A DNA stretch of 64,000 nt from Promethearchaeota archaeon (lineage in GTDB: Archaea > Asgardarchaeota > Lokiarchaeia > Sigyniarchaeales > SOKP01): the NCBI GenBank assembly GCA_048939995.1, contig JBHLOY010000006.1, positions 32,001 through 96,000 of the forward strand, given 5' to 3'. The notes beneath the pieces were generated by a model. It did no database searches. It saw nothing but the letters and a program-made list of their open reading frames with translations, and was not told the origin of the DNA. Both the position numbers and the translations under genes were made by a program. Below are positions 30,098 through 39,650 of this stretch, piece by piece. Numbering within the stretch: the first letter of the stretch is position 1; each line of letters begins with the position of its first letter.

Positions 30098-30316
30098 TTA
30101 CCCAAAACTGAATAACCAATTAAAAACACGCAACCAAGCAAGTATAACTATCAGTATTAAAGCAACAGCAAATATTATTGTTGAAATCGGACCTACTTTA
30201 ATTCCAATCGAACTGTCTTCAAAAAACCGCATTAATCCTGCTCCACCCATAGGCATAGGAGCGCTTCCACTTCGTCTTTTTCTACGTCTTGATTGAGATT
30301 TTCTTTTAGTTGACAT
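30098..30316 (-). CDS. secG: Protein translocon subunit Sec61beta (archaeal SecG)
   Basis: Basic N-terminus, GAGLMRFFED..GIKVGP, single C-terminal TM. Confidence 0.93.
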   Translation of the reverse strand: MSTKRKSQSRRRKRRSGSAPMPMGGAGLMRFFEDSSIGIKVGPISTIIFAVALILIVILAWLRVFNWLFSFG

Positions 30317-30465
30317 AATTAGATTTTATATTTTTAATTTATATTATTTAAAGATAAAATTCGAATTATATTAAGTTTTATTCCGAAATATAAAAAAAAA
30401 TTAAATAAATTTTTATTAATAATTTTAATTATTCTTAGTTAACTTTTGGAGTAAGTTAAAAATAA

Positions 30466-32316
30466 ATGTTTAGATTAAAAAAAATTTTTGTTGTAATTAT
30501 TGGACTTCTTATTCTTACACTTTTAATTTCATCAATTAACATAAATTCTAAGACTAATATTCAAAATAATAATCAAAATACAAATCTGGAATTATCAAAC
30601 AGCTTGGAAGGAGCTGAAAATGTATTAATTACTGAAATAATAAGAAACGTAAATATTAGTCGATATGGCTTGGTGCACATTGAAGATATATTAATTGTTT
30701 TAAATAAAAATAACAACCCTATAACTTCAATTTCAATTGGAATACCTAAGGAAAAGTTTTCTGATTTACTATACATCCAAGCTAAAGATTCCGGAGAAGA
30801 ATCTCTTCTAACTGAGAGAGCCAATTTTGAGATCAATGATTTTAGAATGGTTATAATCTATTTTGATACACCATTGTTGTATCAACAAGATACTACGATC
30901 TTTATCATGCAAACCTATAATTACTTAGTATCGTTTGAAACGTCTGGTTCAGAACAGAATATAAATCTTACCTCTTTTGTATTTCCAATTCTCCCCTATA
31001 AAGCAAATGGGGAAAATATTAAAACAATTGTTAGAACTCCTCAAGACTCAACGATTATTGAATTTGAGAAGATTGACACAATGGGGGGTGAAATTTCACC
31101 TGGGATTCTTTTATATGATTTAGCTTCAAGTCTGACAATTGAATATTTGGAACCATTTTTAGTTAATCTTCCTGATGAAAGTAAGGAAATTACAATTATT
31201 TTTCAGAACATTCAGTATATAAAATTAGAAATAGAAACAATCAATCGAGATATAAATATTCTACCATTAGGTATAATTAAGATTAAGGAAGTGCTTTTGA
31301 TTCAGAATACTGGAGCTGTTCCTATCTATAATTTTGATTTTAAGATTCCCTCTCACTCTAAAAATCTGCGTGTCTTTGATAATATTGGAAATCTGGCAAT
31401 AACGACAACAGAATCCAATTCAGATCACAAAAGCATTGAAATTAATCTATTACGAAACAGAGTAGGTATTTCACCCCTTTCTAAATTTGAATTTACTGTA
31501 GAATATAACTTACCTTTCGACGATTACATCTCTCTGAATTGGTTTCAACAATCATTTCAAATAGACTTAATGATAACTAGATATCCCTTTCTAGGAAATA
31601 ATGAATTTATTAATATAATTATTGAAGGTTGTGGTAATTTAGACTTCATCTCTTCCCTACCCGACGCGATTATAGATTCAGAAGGATCTAAAATTCTTAT
31701 TTATAACTTAAATGATGTGAGTCCATTGGAATCCAATTTAATCCAGATTACCTTTGCTATTGATTTATTTGACTTACTTCTTCGACCTATGATAATTGTG
31801 ATTATCATTACCTCTATCTCATCATTTTATGTAGTTTTCATAAAATTAAGTAAGAAAAAGGAGGGGGTCTCGATTATTGAAAGAGACGTGAAGGTTTTAA
31901 ATGAACTTAGAGAATTTTGCGCTTTATTTGAGGAAAAAAATGCTCTTATGTTAGAAATTAGAAAAGCAGAAGAGAATTTAAAGCGTAAAAAAGTTACAAA
32001 AAAGGCTTTTTCAAATATTTCTGATAAAAATTCAGCTAAAATAGAGCAAATTAAACGTGAAATCATTCCATTCAAAAAGACTTTAATGGAGTCGAACGAA
32101 ATTTTTAATAATATTATTAATAAATTAGATTTAATGGATGCTGAACGAATTTCTGTAAATGATAGTTTAACATTACTCGAAAATCGATATAAACGAGGAA
32201 AATTGGAGTCAAAAGCAGTTTATCAGAAATTATTGGAGGATTTTATGAAGAGAAGAAAAAGAATTGATCGCACGATTGATAAATTTATACAACAACTTAG
32301 AAGTTATTTATTATAA
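30466..32316 (+). CDS. Ribophorin I (OST1/RPN1)-like protein
   Basis: Signal anchor; two repeated lumenal domains (IIRNVNISRYGLVHIED / INRDINILPLGIIKIKE; VFDNIGNL); TM at LLRPMII; cytoplasmic helical bundle. Confidence 0.75.
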   Translation: MFRLKKIFVVIIGLLILTLLISSININSKTNIQNNNQNTNLELSNSLEGAENVLITEIIRNVNISRYGLVHIEDILIVLNKNNNPITSISIGIPKEKFSDLLYIQAKDSGEESLLTERANFEINDFRMVIIYFDTPLLYQQDTTIFIMQTYNYLVSFETSGSEQNINLTSFVFPILPYKANGENIKTIVRTPQDSTIIEFEKIDTMGGEISPGILLYDLASSLTIEYLEPFLVNLPDESKEITIIFQNIQYIKLEIETINRDINILPLGIIKIKEVLLIQNTGAVPIYNFDFKIPSHSKNLRVFDNIGNLAITTTESNSDHKSIEINLLRNRVGISPLSKFEFTVEYNLPFDDYISLNWFQQSFQIDLMITRYPFLGNNEFINIIIEGCGNLDFISSLPDAIIDSEGSKILIYNLNDVSPLESNLIQITFAIDLFDLLLRPMIIVIIITSISSFYVVFIKLSKKKEGVSIIERDVKVLNELREFCALFEEKNALMLEIRKAEENLKRKKVTKKAFSNISDKNSAKIEQIKREIIPFKKTLMESNEIFNNIINKLDLMDAERISVNDSLTLLENRYKRGKLESKAVYQKLLEDFMKRRKRIDRTIDKFIQQLRSYLL

Positions 32317-32351
32317 ATTTCAAATCTATTTTATTGAATTGGTTAATATAA

Positions 32352-32975
32352 ATGAAGCCTTGGTTATTTGATGTCTTAGCTTGTCCTATTGATAAACATT
32401 TTCCTTTAGAATTATATATTTTTTCATATGCTAACAAAATTGGTGACTTTGAATCTTTTTTAAATGTGTATAAACAAAGAGATTTAGAAGTTATTAAAAA
32501 AGATTCGATAATTAAAATCTATAAGGAGGGTGAAATCGTATATATTAGTGATGGTATTGTATTGGAAAAAACTCCTTTCGATAGATACATTGAGCTATTG
32601 CTATCAAGTATTAATGAACTTAATTATATTAATGATCAATCCAAAGATAAAATAAGTGGGTTATGTTTTAATCTAATCAAGAATGAAATTAGAGAAAAGC
32701 TAATAGAATTTTTAAAAAATTTTGCTGCAAAAAAAGTTGAAAATCTAATCCCTGAATTTTTTTTTGTTAATAAAATTAAACTTGAGGTAGAAATAAATTC
32801 TGGACTATTACTCTGTCCAAAATGTAAACGCTGGTATCCTATAATTGATACAATTCCGCAAATGCTCCCTGATGAGTTTAGAAACAGAACTAAGGAGCTT
32901 GAATTCTTAAAAACCAACAAGAATTTATTGAATGATGAATTCTTTAAACAAGATTTAAAACCTTTTAATATATAG
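32352..32975 (+). CDS. Trm112-family methyltransferase activator with long insertion
   Basis: N-terminal LFDVLACPIDKHFPL; C-terminal GLLLCPKCKRWYPIIDTIPQMLP. Confidence 0.85.
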   Translation: MKPWLFDVLACPIDKHFPLELYIFSYANKIGDFESFLNVYKQRDLEVIKKDSIIKIYKEGEIVYISDGIVLEKTPFDRYIELLLSSINELNYINDQSKDKISGLCFNLIKNEIREKLIEFLKNFAAKKVENLIPEFFFVNKIKLEVEINSGLLLCPKCKRWYPIIDTIPQMLPDEFRNRTKELEFLKTNKNLLNDEFFKQDLKPFNI

Positions 32976-33000
32976 AATTCAACTATTTATTGATGAAGAG

Positions 33001-33073
33001 AGCCCGGTGGTGTAGCGGCCAAGCATATGGGGCTTTGAACCCCGTGACCACGGTTCGAATCCGTGCCGGGCTA
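33001..33073 (+). tRNA. tRNA-Gln(UUG), intronless, CCA not encoded
   Basis: Acceptor AGCCCGG/CCGGGCT plus discriminator A; anticodon arm TGGGG-CTTTGAA-CCCCG; T loop GGTTCGAATCC; A1:U72 typical of archaeal tRNA-Gln. Confidence 0.97.
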
Positions 33074-33140
33074 TCTCATTCTAAAAAGAATCTATTCTCC
33101 TAATAAAGTTTAATATAGATGAGTTTTTCAAGAACTTAAT

Positions 33141-34082
33141 ATGTTAAATAAATTGAGGAGTATTCTCAACCTCTTGAGAATAAGACAATACTATAAAAAT
33201 GCTTTGATATTTGTGGGAATTTTCTTTAGCGAAAGGTTATTCGATTTTTCCTTGTATTTTTCTCTAATTATAGGTTTTATCTTGTTATGTTGTGCATCAT
33301 CATTTAATTACATCATAAATGATATTCGAGATATTAAATATGATAGAAACCATCCAGAGAAATTAAAGAAAAAACCTCTTGCATCAAAAGAACTTTCAAT
33401 ATTATTCGCGATTATAATTCTATTCATTATAATAGGTATTATCATTCCTTCTTTCATTTATTTAATACCAAACTTGTATTTTGCTTTAATGTTAATTCTA
33501 ATTATCGTAACTGGTCAGCTTTATAACCTTTTTTTAAAAAATTATGCATTTGTTGATATTCTAACTCTTTCTTTGGGTTATTTATGGCGAGCTTTAGCAG
33601 GATGTTTTTTAATTAAAGAATATGTTTCTGCATGGCTATTTTTAGCAATTTTTGAAGTAGCACTTTTCTTGGGAATAGCAAAAAGAAGAGGAGACTTGAA
33701 TTATCTTGGTGAACAAAAAGCAATAGAACATAAAAAAGTCTATAAATATTATTCTGTAGAGTTATTAAACCAGTTTTATATTATTATATCAAGTTGTCTT
33801 TTCATGACATATTCACTCTATCTGATTTTTAACTTTGAATTATTTGATCCTAGCAGTGTCAACCTTTATGAATATATTGCAGTCTTTACAATTCCAATCG
33901 CTTTATACATTATAATGCGGTATAATTATTTAACTACCACAAAACCAAAAGTAGCCCGAAGTCCCGAAAAAGCATTTTTTGATAAGGGTATTATTATCTC
34001 CGCGTTTATCTTATTCTTAATATTGATTCTTTCTTTTTATTTTGACCAATTCATTGAATTCTTTAATTCAATATTAACATAA
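33141..34082 (+). CDS. UbiA-superfamily protein, polyprenyl-phosphate phosphoribosyltransferase-like
   Basis: RIRQYYKNALIF, YIINDIRDIKYDRNHPEK, KRRGDL. Confidence 0.8.
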   Translation: MLNKLRSILNLLRIRQYYKNALIFVGIFFSERLFDFSLYFSLIIGFILLCCASSFNYIINDIRDIKYDRNHPEKLKKKPLASKELSILFAIIILFIIIGIIIPSFIYLIPNLYFALMLILIIVTGQLYNLFLKNYAFVDILTLSLGYLWRALAGCFLIKEYVSAWLFLAIFEVALFLGIAKRRGDLNYLGEQKAIEHKKVYKYYSVELLNQFYIIISSCLFMTYSLYLIFNFELFDPSSVNLYEYIAVFTIPIALYIIMRYNYLTTTKPKVARSPEKAFFDKGIIISAFILFLILILSFYFDQFIEFFNSILT

Positions 34083-34386
34083 ATCTTCTCGCTTAATTAA
34101 CCTAATTAACCTTAATAAGTATATATGACTAAATTGAAACACTAAACAAATTACGTAGAATAATGCAAATGATTTATTTTACGATATAAAATTCCTCAAT
34201 AGAGATTATTCCCTAATAAATAAGCTTTAAATAGAATTAAATATAATATTACAAAAGAAATCAAATTAGGCTACAATCTTATATTGATTTCTGAAACTTA
34301 TAAAAAGAGAAGAAAAAACTTATAAGTTTACAAATTTAAGTAGTAATTTAACAAAATCTAATAAAAAATTCAAAACTTTTAATTAA

Positions 34387-36081
34387 GTGAAAAATATGGA
34401 AATGGAAAAGAAAAATGTCGCCATTATTGTACTAGCTATAGCTTTAGCCGCTTCAGGAGTCGGTAACATTATTCTAGGGCTGCAAGGTGCTCAATTCGTT
34501 GCACCACCAAATACAACTCTAGTATATGGTACTGCCTCAGGCCCTCATGTGCTTGATCCTGTAAATGCATGGGATTCTGCCTCTAATGATGTTATCGAAC
34601 AAATAGCTGAAAGACTTTTTGCTTATAATTTCTCACGACTTGATTTACCACGATATCCTCTCCTTGCTGAAACCTATTGGTGGGAAACAAACACTATTTT
34701 ACATATAAAGGTTAGAGAAGGAATTGTATTTCACGACTTAACTCCTTTTGATGCAAACGCAACAAAATGGAATTTAGATAGACTATTGTATTTAACCAAT
34801 TGTACTGGAACTCTTCCAAGTACAATGGTTCCTGGAGATCCATCTTCATTATACTTTTTCCCTGATGGTGTGACTCCTATCATAAACAATGTTGTCTCTG
34901 ATGGAGCTTATAATGTCACCATCACTCTGAATGCTCCTTTTGCGCCTTTCTTAGACTTACTATGTTATACTGCAGGTAGTATGTTATCTCCAGCATCGAC
35001 TCCTGACGATGACTTTATCTCACTTACATACGGAAGACTTATTGGAACTGGTCCTTTTGTTTGGGAGTATTACGTTCCAAATGTCGAAGTGAGACTTGGT
35101 CGTTTTGATTATTACTGGCAAGGTCCTGCTTTTTTTGAAGAAGTAATCATGGCAATCATTACGGATCCTACCACCAGAAACAATGCAATGTTAGGTCATG
35201 AAATTGATTATTTATCCGGCCTGATAACTTCCTTACTTGACACATACAGGGCAGATCCTACAATTCATGTTGAAGAATATTCTTTTGATAATAATGTTCC
35301 TTCTTTAGTATATCAATACCTTGGTATGAACAACGTATTGATTCCAACTCACTGGAGGAAAGCAATTTCATACGCTGTGAATTACACATATATTATTGAT
35401 GAGTTACTAAATGGTTTAGGAATTAGGGCTAATGGACCAATCTCACCTGGTTATGGTGCTCCCTATAACGCCAGTAATCAAGCAGCAGTTTTTGATTTAG
35501 CTGTTGCTCGACAGGTCGTTGTCGATAACGTACCAGCTGCCGCTGGATTTCCAGTAAATAATGATCCTACTGATGCCACCTGGTTAGGTGCGACCTTAGC
35601 GACTTTTAACTATACTTATAACATAGGTAACTCATTCAGAGAAGACATGTTGGATGCCTTGGAAGCTTGGCTTCCTGCAATAGGCATTAATGTAGTGGAT
35701 GATGGGGTAACATGGAGTGCATATCTCAGAAAATTATTTGGTGATTATGACGAATTAGGGCTCTTTTTCATCGGTTGGGCTCCAGACTACAAAGATCCAT
35801 TTAACATGCTTGATCCATTATTCAATCCTGCATCATACGCAGATTCTGGACAAGTTGATGACTCTAAGTTAAATGGTATGATTGCGCTAGCTTTAACTAC
35901 GACTGATGATACTGCCAGAGCTAACATCTATAAGAATATTCAATGGTATTTAGCTAATAGATTATATCCTCACGTCTTTGTCTACCATTCAGTATCAATA
36001 TCAATTCACTCTGCAGATCTATATGGCTTCTGGTATAATGTTTATGGCGCTTTAAGATTCTATCCTATATACCGAGCATAG
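34387..36081 (+). CDS. Peptide/nickel ABC transporter substrate-binding protein (family 5); start possibly 34396 or 34402
   Basis: LDPVNAWD, REGIVFHDLTPFDA, IGTGPF, RKAISYAVN, GWAPDYKDP; N-terminal anchor. Confidence 0.93.
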   Translation: MKNMEMEKKNVAIIVLAIALAASGVGNIILGLQGAQFVAPPNTTLVYGTASGPHVLDPVNAWDSASNDVIEQIAERLFAYNFSRLDLPRYPLLAETYWWETNTILHIKVREGIVFHDLTPFDANATKWNLDRLLYLTNCTGTLPSTMVPGDPSSLYFFPDGVTPIINNVVSDGAYNVTITLNAPFAPFLDLLCYTAGSMLSPASTPDDDFISLTYGRLIGTGPFVWEYYVPNVEVRLGRFDYYWQGPAFFEEVIMAIITDPTTRNNAMLGHEIDYLSGLITSLLDTYRADPTIHVEEYSFDNNVPSLVYQYLGMNNVLIPTHWRKAISYAVNYTYIIDELLNGLGIRANGPISPGYGAPYNASNQAAVFDLAVARQVVVDNVPAAAGFPVNNDPTDATWLGATLATFNYTYNIGNSFREDMLDALEAWLPAIGINVVDDGVTWSAYLRKLFGDYDELGLFFIGWAPDYKDPFNMLDPLFNPASYADSGQVDDSKLNGMIALALTTTDDTARANIYKNIQWYLANRLYPHVFVYHSVSISIHSADLYGFWYNVYGALRFYPIYRA

Positions 36082-36105
36082 GATATAACTAACTTAAAAT
36101 AAATA

Positions 36106-36134
36106 TTTTTTTTTTTAATTATTACTTTTTTTTT
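36106..36134 (+). terminator. Oligo-T tracts after the binding-protein gene (archaeal-type terminator candidate)
   Basis: T11 at 36106-36116 and T9 at 36126-36134. Confidence 0.45.
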
Positions 36135-36136
36135 AT

Positions 36137-37012
36137 ATGATCTTTTTCAAATCGCCAGTTGTAAAACTAAAATCATTTAAAGATGATATTGCCCCAGTTG
36201 GTTTTTATTTTGACATTTTTCCAACTGAATATTTTAAGATTCCTATTTTTCCCCTTCCGATGCGTGTAGACAAATTGTCAAATGGAGAGCCTACCCTCTT
36301 TATCAATTTAGAAATCCATAAATTGGATGCTTTATGTGAGAAGTTAGATTTAGCAATTGATTTTAAATTATTTTATAGCATTGGAATAAAAAATCTTATT
36401 GAATATGCAAAAATAAAAAAGAAAGAGCTAACTTCGAGAGACTTGGAGAGGAAAAAAGTGAAAAATTGGTGGAGAGAATCCAATTCCTTTAGTTCTAATA
36501 ATCTCGATCTAATTGAATCCTTTACATTTATCAATGCTGAATTTATTAAGATGTATAGTAATATAATTCAGAATAATATAAACTCAACTCAAGGAGATTT
36601 TAGAAATACTTTAATTCGATACTGTGAGTCAATTGTAGATTATTTTCGCATTAAAATTGAAAAGAACATATTTTATATCAATATAGACAATGAACTTAAG
36701 GAAGAAAAATTATATTTAGAAAGGAAAAATAAATTCTATCCATTAATTATTAAAATGCCCGTCCATGATAAAATCAATGATAAGGTTTATGAGATGGGTT
36801 TTGTTCCTTATCTAATTTATGAAGATTTGTTAGATTGCTTCTCATATAATTTAAATCTTTTAAAGACTAAGGACTATACGATAAACTTAAAAGTTTACAA
36901 AGATAACCTAATAATTAATAAAAGATCGAATATTTCTGATATTGAAGTTTTTAAACAGAATATAAGAACTTTTAAGATACAAGATATTGATTTAGATAAA
37001 TTATTACAATAA
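36137..37012 (+). CDS. Hypothetical soluble protein within the ABC cluster
   Basis: 291-aa ORF, no recognised motif. Confidence 0.55.
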   Translation: MIFFKSPVVKLKSFKDDIAPVGFYFDIFPTEYFKIPIFPLPMRVDKLSNGEPTLFINLEIHKLDALCEKLDLAIDFKLFYSIGIKNLIEYAKIKKKELTSRDLERKKVKNWWRESNSFSSNNLDLIESFTFINAEFIKMYSNIIQNNINSTQGDFRNTLIRYCESIVDYFRIKIEKNIFYINIDNELKEEKLYLERKNKFYPLIIKMPVHDKINDKVYEMGFVPYLIYEDLLDCFSYNLNLLKTKDYTINLKVYKDNLIINKRSNISDIEVFKQNIRTFKIQDIDLDKLLQ

Positions 37013-37037
37013 ATCAAACTTACAAGAGAATGATTTT

Positions 37038-37520
37038 ATGAAATTCAAAAAAATTGAATTTGCTAGACAAACTAACTTTATTCTAGGACTACTATTAGTT
37101 CATTTTGTGTTTTTTGGTTATTTGGCGAACATTTTTCATCCACCAGTATCATCATATAAAGGAATAGGTGAAAGAATTTTGTTTTTATACCAGGTTTTAT
37201 TTAGTCCTTATACCTTTCTTTCAGCAATTATTCTGGGAGTTATTGTTTTTATCATGGCATTTAGAGAACAGTTCTTTGAATATGGAATTAGAAACAGTAT
37301 CTGGTTAATTCCCTTTATTATAATTGAATCATGGATATGGTATTGGTTCATAATAGAAGAATTTGACATTACTGTAATTGGAATGTACTTCATAAGAATT
37401 GAAAGTTATATCACAATTGTAAGTTTATTTGGAATAAATTTATTCGCCGCTTTTTTGGCATCAATCGCCAAGGAAAAATATAAGACCTATTTAAAAAGAG
37501 TAAAAGTAATAAAGAGGTAA
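37038..37520 (+). CDS. Small 4-TM membrane protein within the ABC cluster
   Basis: Four hydrophobic segments; MAFREQFFEYGIRNSIW. Confidence 0.6.
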   Translation: MKFKKIEFARQTNFILGLLLVHFVFFGYLANIFHPPVSSYKGIGERILFLYQVLFSPYTFLSAIILGVIVFIMAFREQFFEYGIRNSIWLIPFIIIESWIWYWFIIEEFDITVIGMYFIRIESYITIVSLFGINLFAAFLASIAKEKYKTYLKRVKVIKR

Positions 37521-37546
37521 AAAGTAGTTTAGGAGGCTTTTGGAAA

Positions 37547-38566
37547 ATGAGTTTGATAAAATATATTATTAGAAGATTATTAGCAATGATACCAGTACTT
37601 TTTGGTGTACTGACCTTAACTTTTGTTTTATCAAGATTTATGCCAGGGGATCCTGTATTAGCATATTTACCCGAGGGAAGAGTAGATCCTGATCAATACA
37701 GAGCTGTAATGCGCCTACTGGGATTAGATCAACCCATTTATATACAATATTTTCGGTATCTTGGTGATCTATTTACCGGCAATTGGGGTATTTCCATATC
37801 TATTGTGCGAGGTATGCCTGTTTGGGACTTAATTATGGTTAGTTTACCTAGAACTGTTGATATAGCAATTTTATCCATAATTATAGCCGCGTTTGTAGGT
37901 ATTAAGACGGGAGTTATTTCTGCAAAACATAGAAATAAAGCAAGGGACACTATCTTCCGAGGTATGTCACTTGTTGGAGTCGCTGTTCCCGTTTTCTTTC
38001 TTGGTATGATATTACAATATACACTAGGTTATCTTTGGCCTATTTTTCCAACAACTGGGTTTAAGACTTATAGTTATCCGGATCCTGCTGTTGTTACTGG
38101 TTTCAGGTGGATTGACGCATTAATTTCTCAGGAAATATATATGATATCTGATTATTTATACCACTTAATCTTGCCAGTATTTTGTTTATCGTTTATTTCG
38201 TTAGCGGGAATTGTGAGACAAACTCGTTCCAGTATGCTGGAGGTACTCGAGCAAGATTATGTAAGGACTGCAAGAGCAAAAGGTTGTAAAGAAAAAGATG
38301 TAATCAATACACACGCAAGAAAAAATGCTATGATTCCCACCGTTACCGTTATTGGATTGAGTTTTGCTGGACTCTTGTCAGGAGCCGTTCTTACAGAGAC
38401 AACATTTGGACTAGCTGGAATAGGACAATTGCTTGTTCAATCAATTCGTAATTCAGATTATTGGGTACTTAATGGATTAGTGTTTTTCTTCTCGATAATC
38501 TTTGTTGCTATCAATTTAGTAACAGACTTAATCTATGGAATGTTAGATCCGCGCATTAGATATTAA
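37547..38566 (+). CDS. dppB: Peptide ABC permease (DppB/OppB family)
   Basis: PGDP, LGLDQPIYIQY, EAA loop DYVRTARAKG, LDPRIRY; GGAGG upstream. Confidence 0.93.
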   Translation: MSLIKYIIRRLLAMIPVLFGVLTLTFVLSRFMPGDPVLAYLPEGRVDPDQYRAVMRLLGLDQPIYIQYFRYLGDLFTGNWGISISIVRGMPVWDLIMVSLPRTVDIAILSIIIAAFVGIKTGVISAKHRNKARDTIFRGMSLVGVAVPVFFLGMILQYTLGYLWPIFPTTGFKTYSYPDPAVVTGFRWIDALISQEIYMISDYLYHLILPVFCLSFISLAGIVRQTRSSMLEVLEQDYVRTARAKGCKEKDVINTHARKNAMIPTVTVIGLSFAGLLSGAVLTETTFGLAGIGQLLVQSIRNSDYWVLNGLVFFFSIIFVAINLVTDLIYGMLDPRIRY

Positions 38567-38590
38567 ATTTCTTATAAAAAGTGAGTACAT

Positions 38591-39595
38591 TTGCAAGAAG
38601 AAGAGATTTATCAAGTTCAAGTAGAAGAGAAAGAAAAAGAAAAGTCGACCGTAAATAAAGTAGGTTCTTGGATCTTTAAAAACCTTAAGTTCCTTTTCAT
38701 TCCAGCTTCCAGGTTGGAGGAACTATCTCTTAGAGAGCTTCATTACGAAAGAACAGTGAGTAGAAGGAAATTCATTCGAAGATTTAAATCTACATTGACT
38801 ATAATAGGGATAGCTATAGTATTTGTAATAATAACTTTGGCTGTATTTCCTCATTGGGTATCTACTTTCACAGTTGAACAAGCTAATGGAGTATATCCTG
38901 GGGCTTGGGATGCGCCCTCACCAAATCATCCTTTAGGGCAAACCAAATTTGGACGTGATGTGCTCGCTAGAATGATATATGGCGCAAGAACATCTTTAAC
39001 CGTTGCACTTCCCGCCATTGGCTTTAGTGTCATATTTGGAGTAATTATTGGAGTGATTGCTGCATATTATGGAGGATGGGTTGATTCCATCATTATGAGA
39101 GTAGTGGATGTCTTGCTTGCTTTTCCAGGTTTGATTCTTGCATTAGTTTTTGTTGCAATCCTTGGGACGCGGATTGAAAATATTATGTTTGCATGGGGTA
39201 TTCTTGGAGTACCTTATTATGCTCGTTTGATAAGAGGATCAGTGCTACAAGCACGAGAATTACCTTATATCCAAGCTGCTAAAGTAGCTGGTGCAGGGGA
39301 TTGGAGAATTATGTTTAGACACATATTACCCAACGTTATTCAACCTATAATCATTTCTGTAACTTTCGATATAGGAGGTATAGTATTGAGCTTAGCGGGG
39401 CTTTCATTTCTAGGATTTAGCGATCCAAGAATGATAGACTGGGGGAATGAGATTAATGAAGCACGTGAATTTCTTTACATATCTCCATGGGCTTCAATGG
39501 GACCTGGATTTATGATTTTACTAGCTGTGCTCGGATTCATGTTATTGGGTGATGGGTTACGAGATGCATTAGATCCTAGATTGAAAAACTTATAG
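38591..39595 (+). CDS. dppC: Peptide ABC permease (DppC/OppC family)
   Basis: HPLGQTKFGRDVLAR, YIQAAKVAGA, LGDGLRDALDP. Confidence 0.93.
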   Translation: MQEEEIYQVQVEEKEKEKSTVNKVGSWIFKNLKFLFIPASRLEELSLRELHYERTVSRRKFIRRFKSTLTIIGIAIVFVIITLAVFPHWVSTFTVEQANGVYPGAWDAPSPNHPLGQTKFGRDVLARMIYGARTSLTVALPAIGFSVIFGVIIGVIAAYYGGWVDSIIMRVVDVLLAFPGLILALVFVAILGTRIENIMFAWGILGVPYYARLIRGSVLQARELPYIQAAKVAGAGDWRIMFRHILPNVIQPIIISVTFDIGGIVLSLAGLSFLGFSDPRMIDWGNEINEAREFLYISPWASMGPGFMILLAVLGFMLLGDGLRDALDPRLKNL

Positions 39596-39650
39596 CTAAT
39601 ATTTAATTATTTTAAATTAGTAAATATATTAAAATGGAGTTATCAGAAAC

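Noticed and set aside
34387-36081. Visibly higher GC in the binding-protein gene as a sign of horizontal transfer
   Set aside because: Explained by Ala/Gly/Pro/Thr-rich composition and probable high expression; the gene sits in its cognate operon
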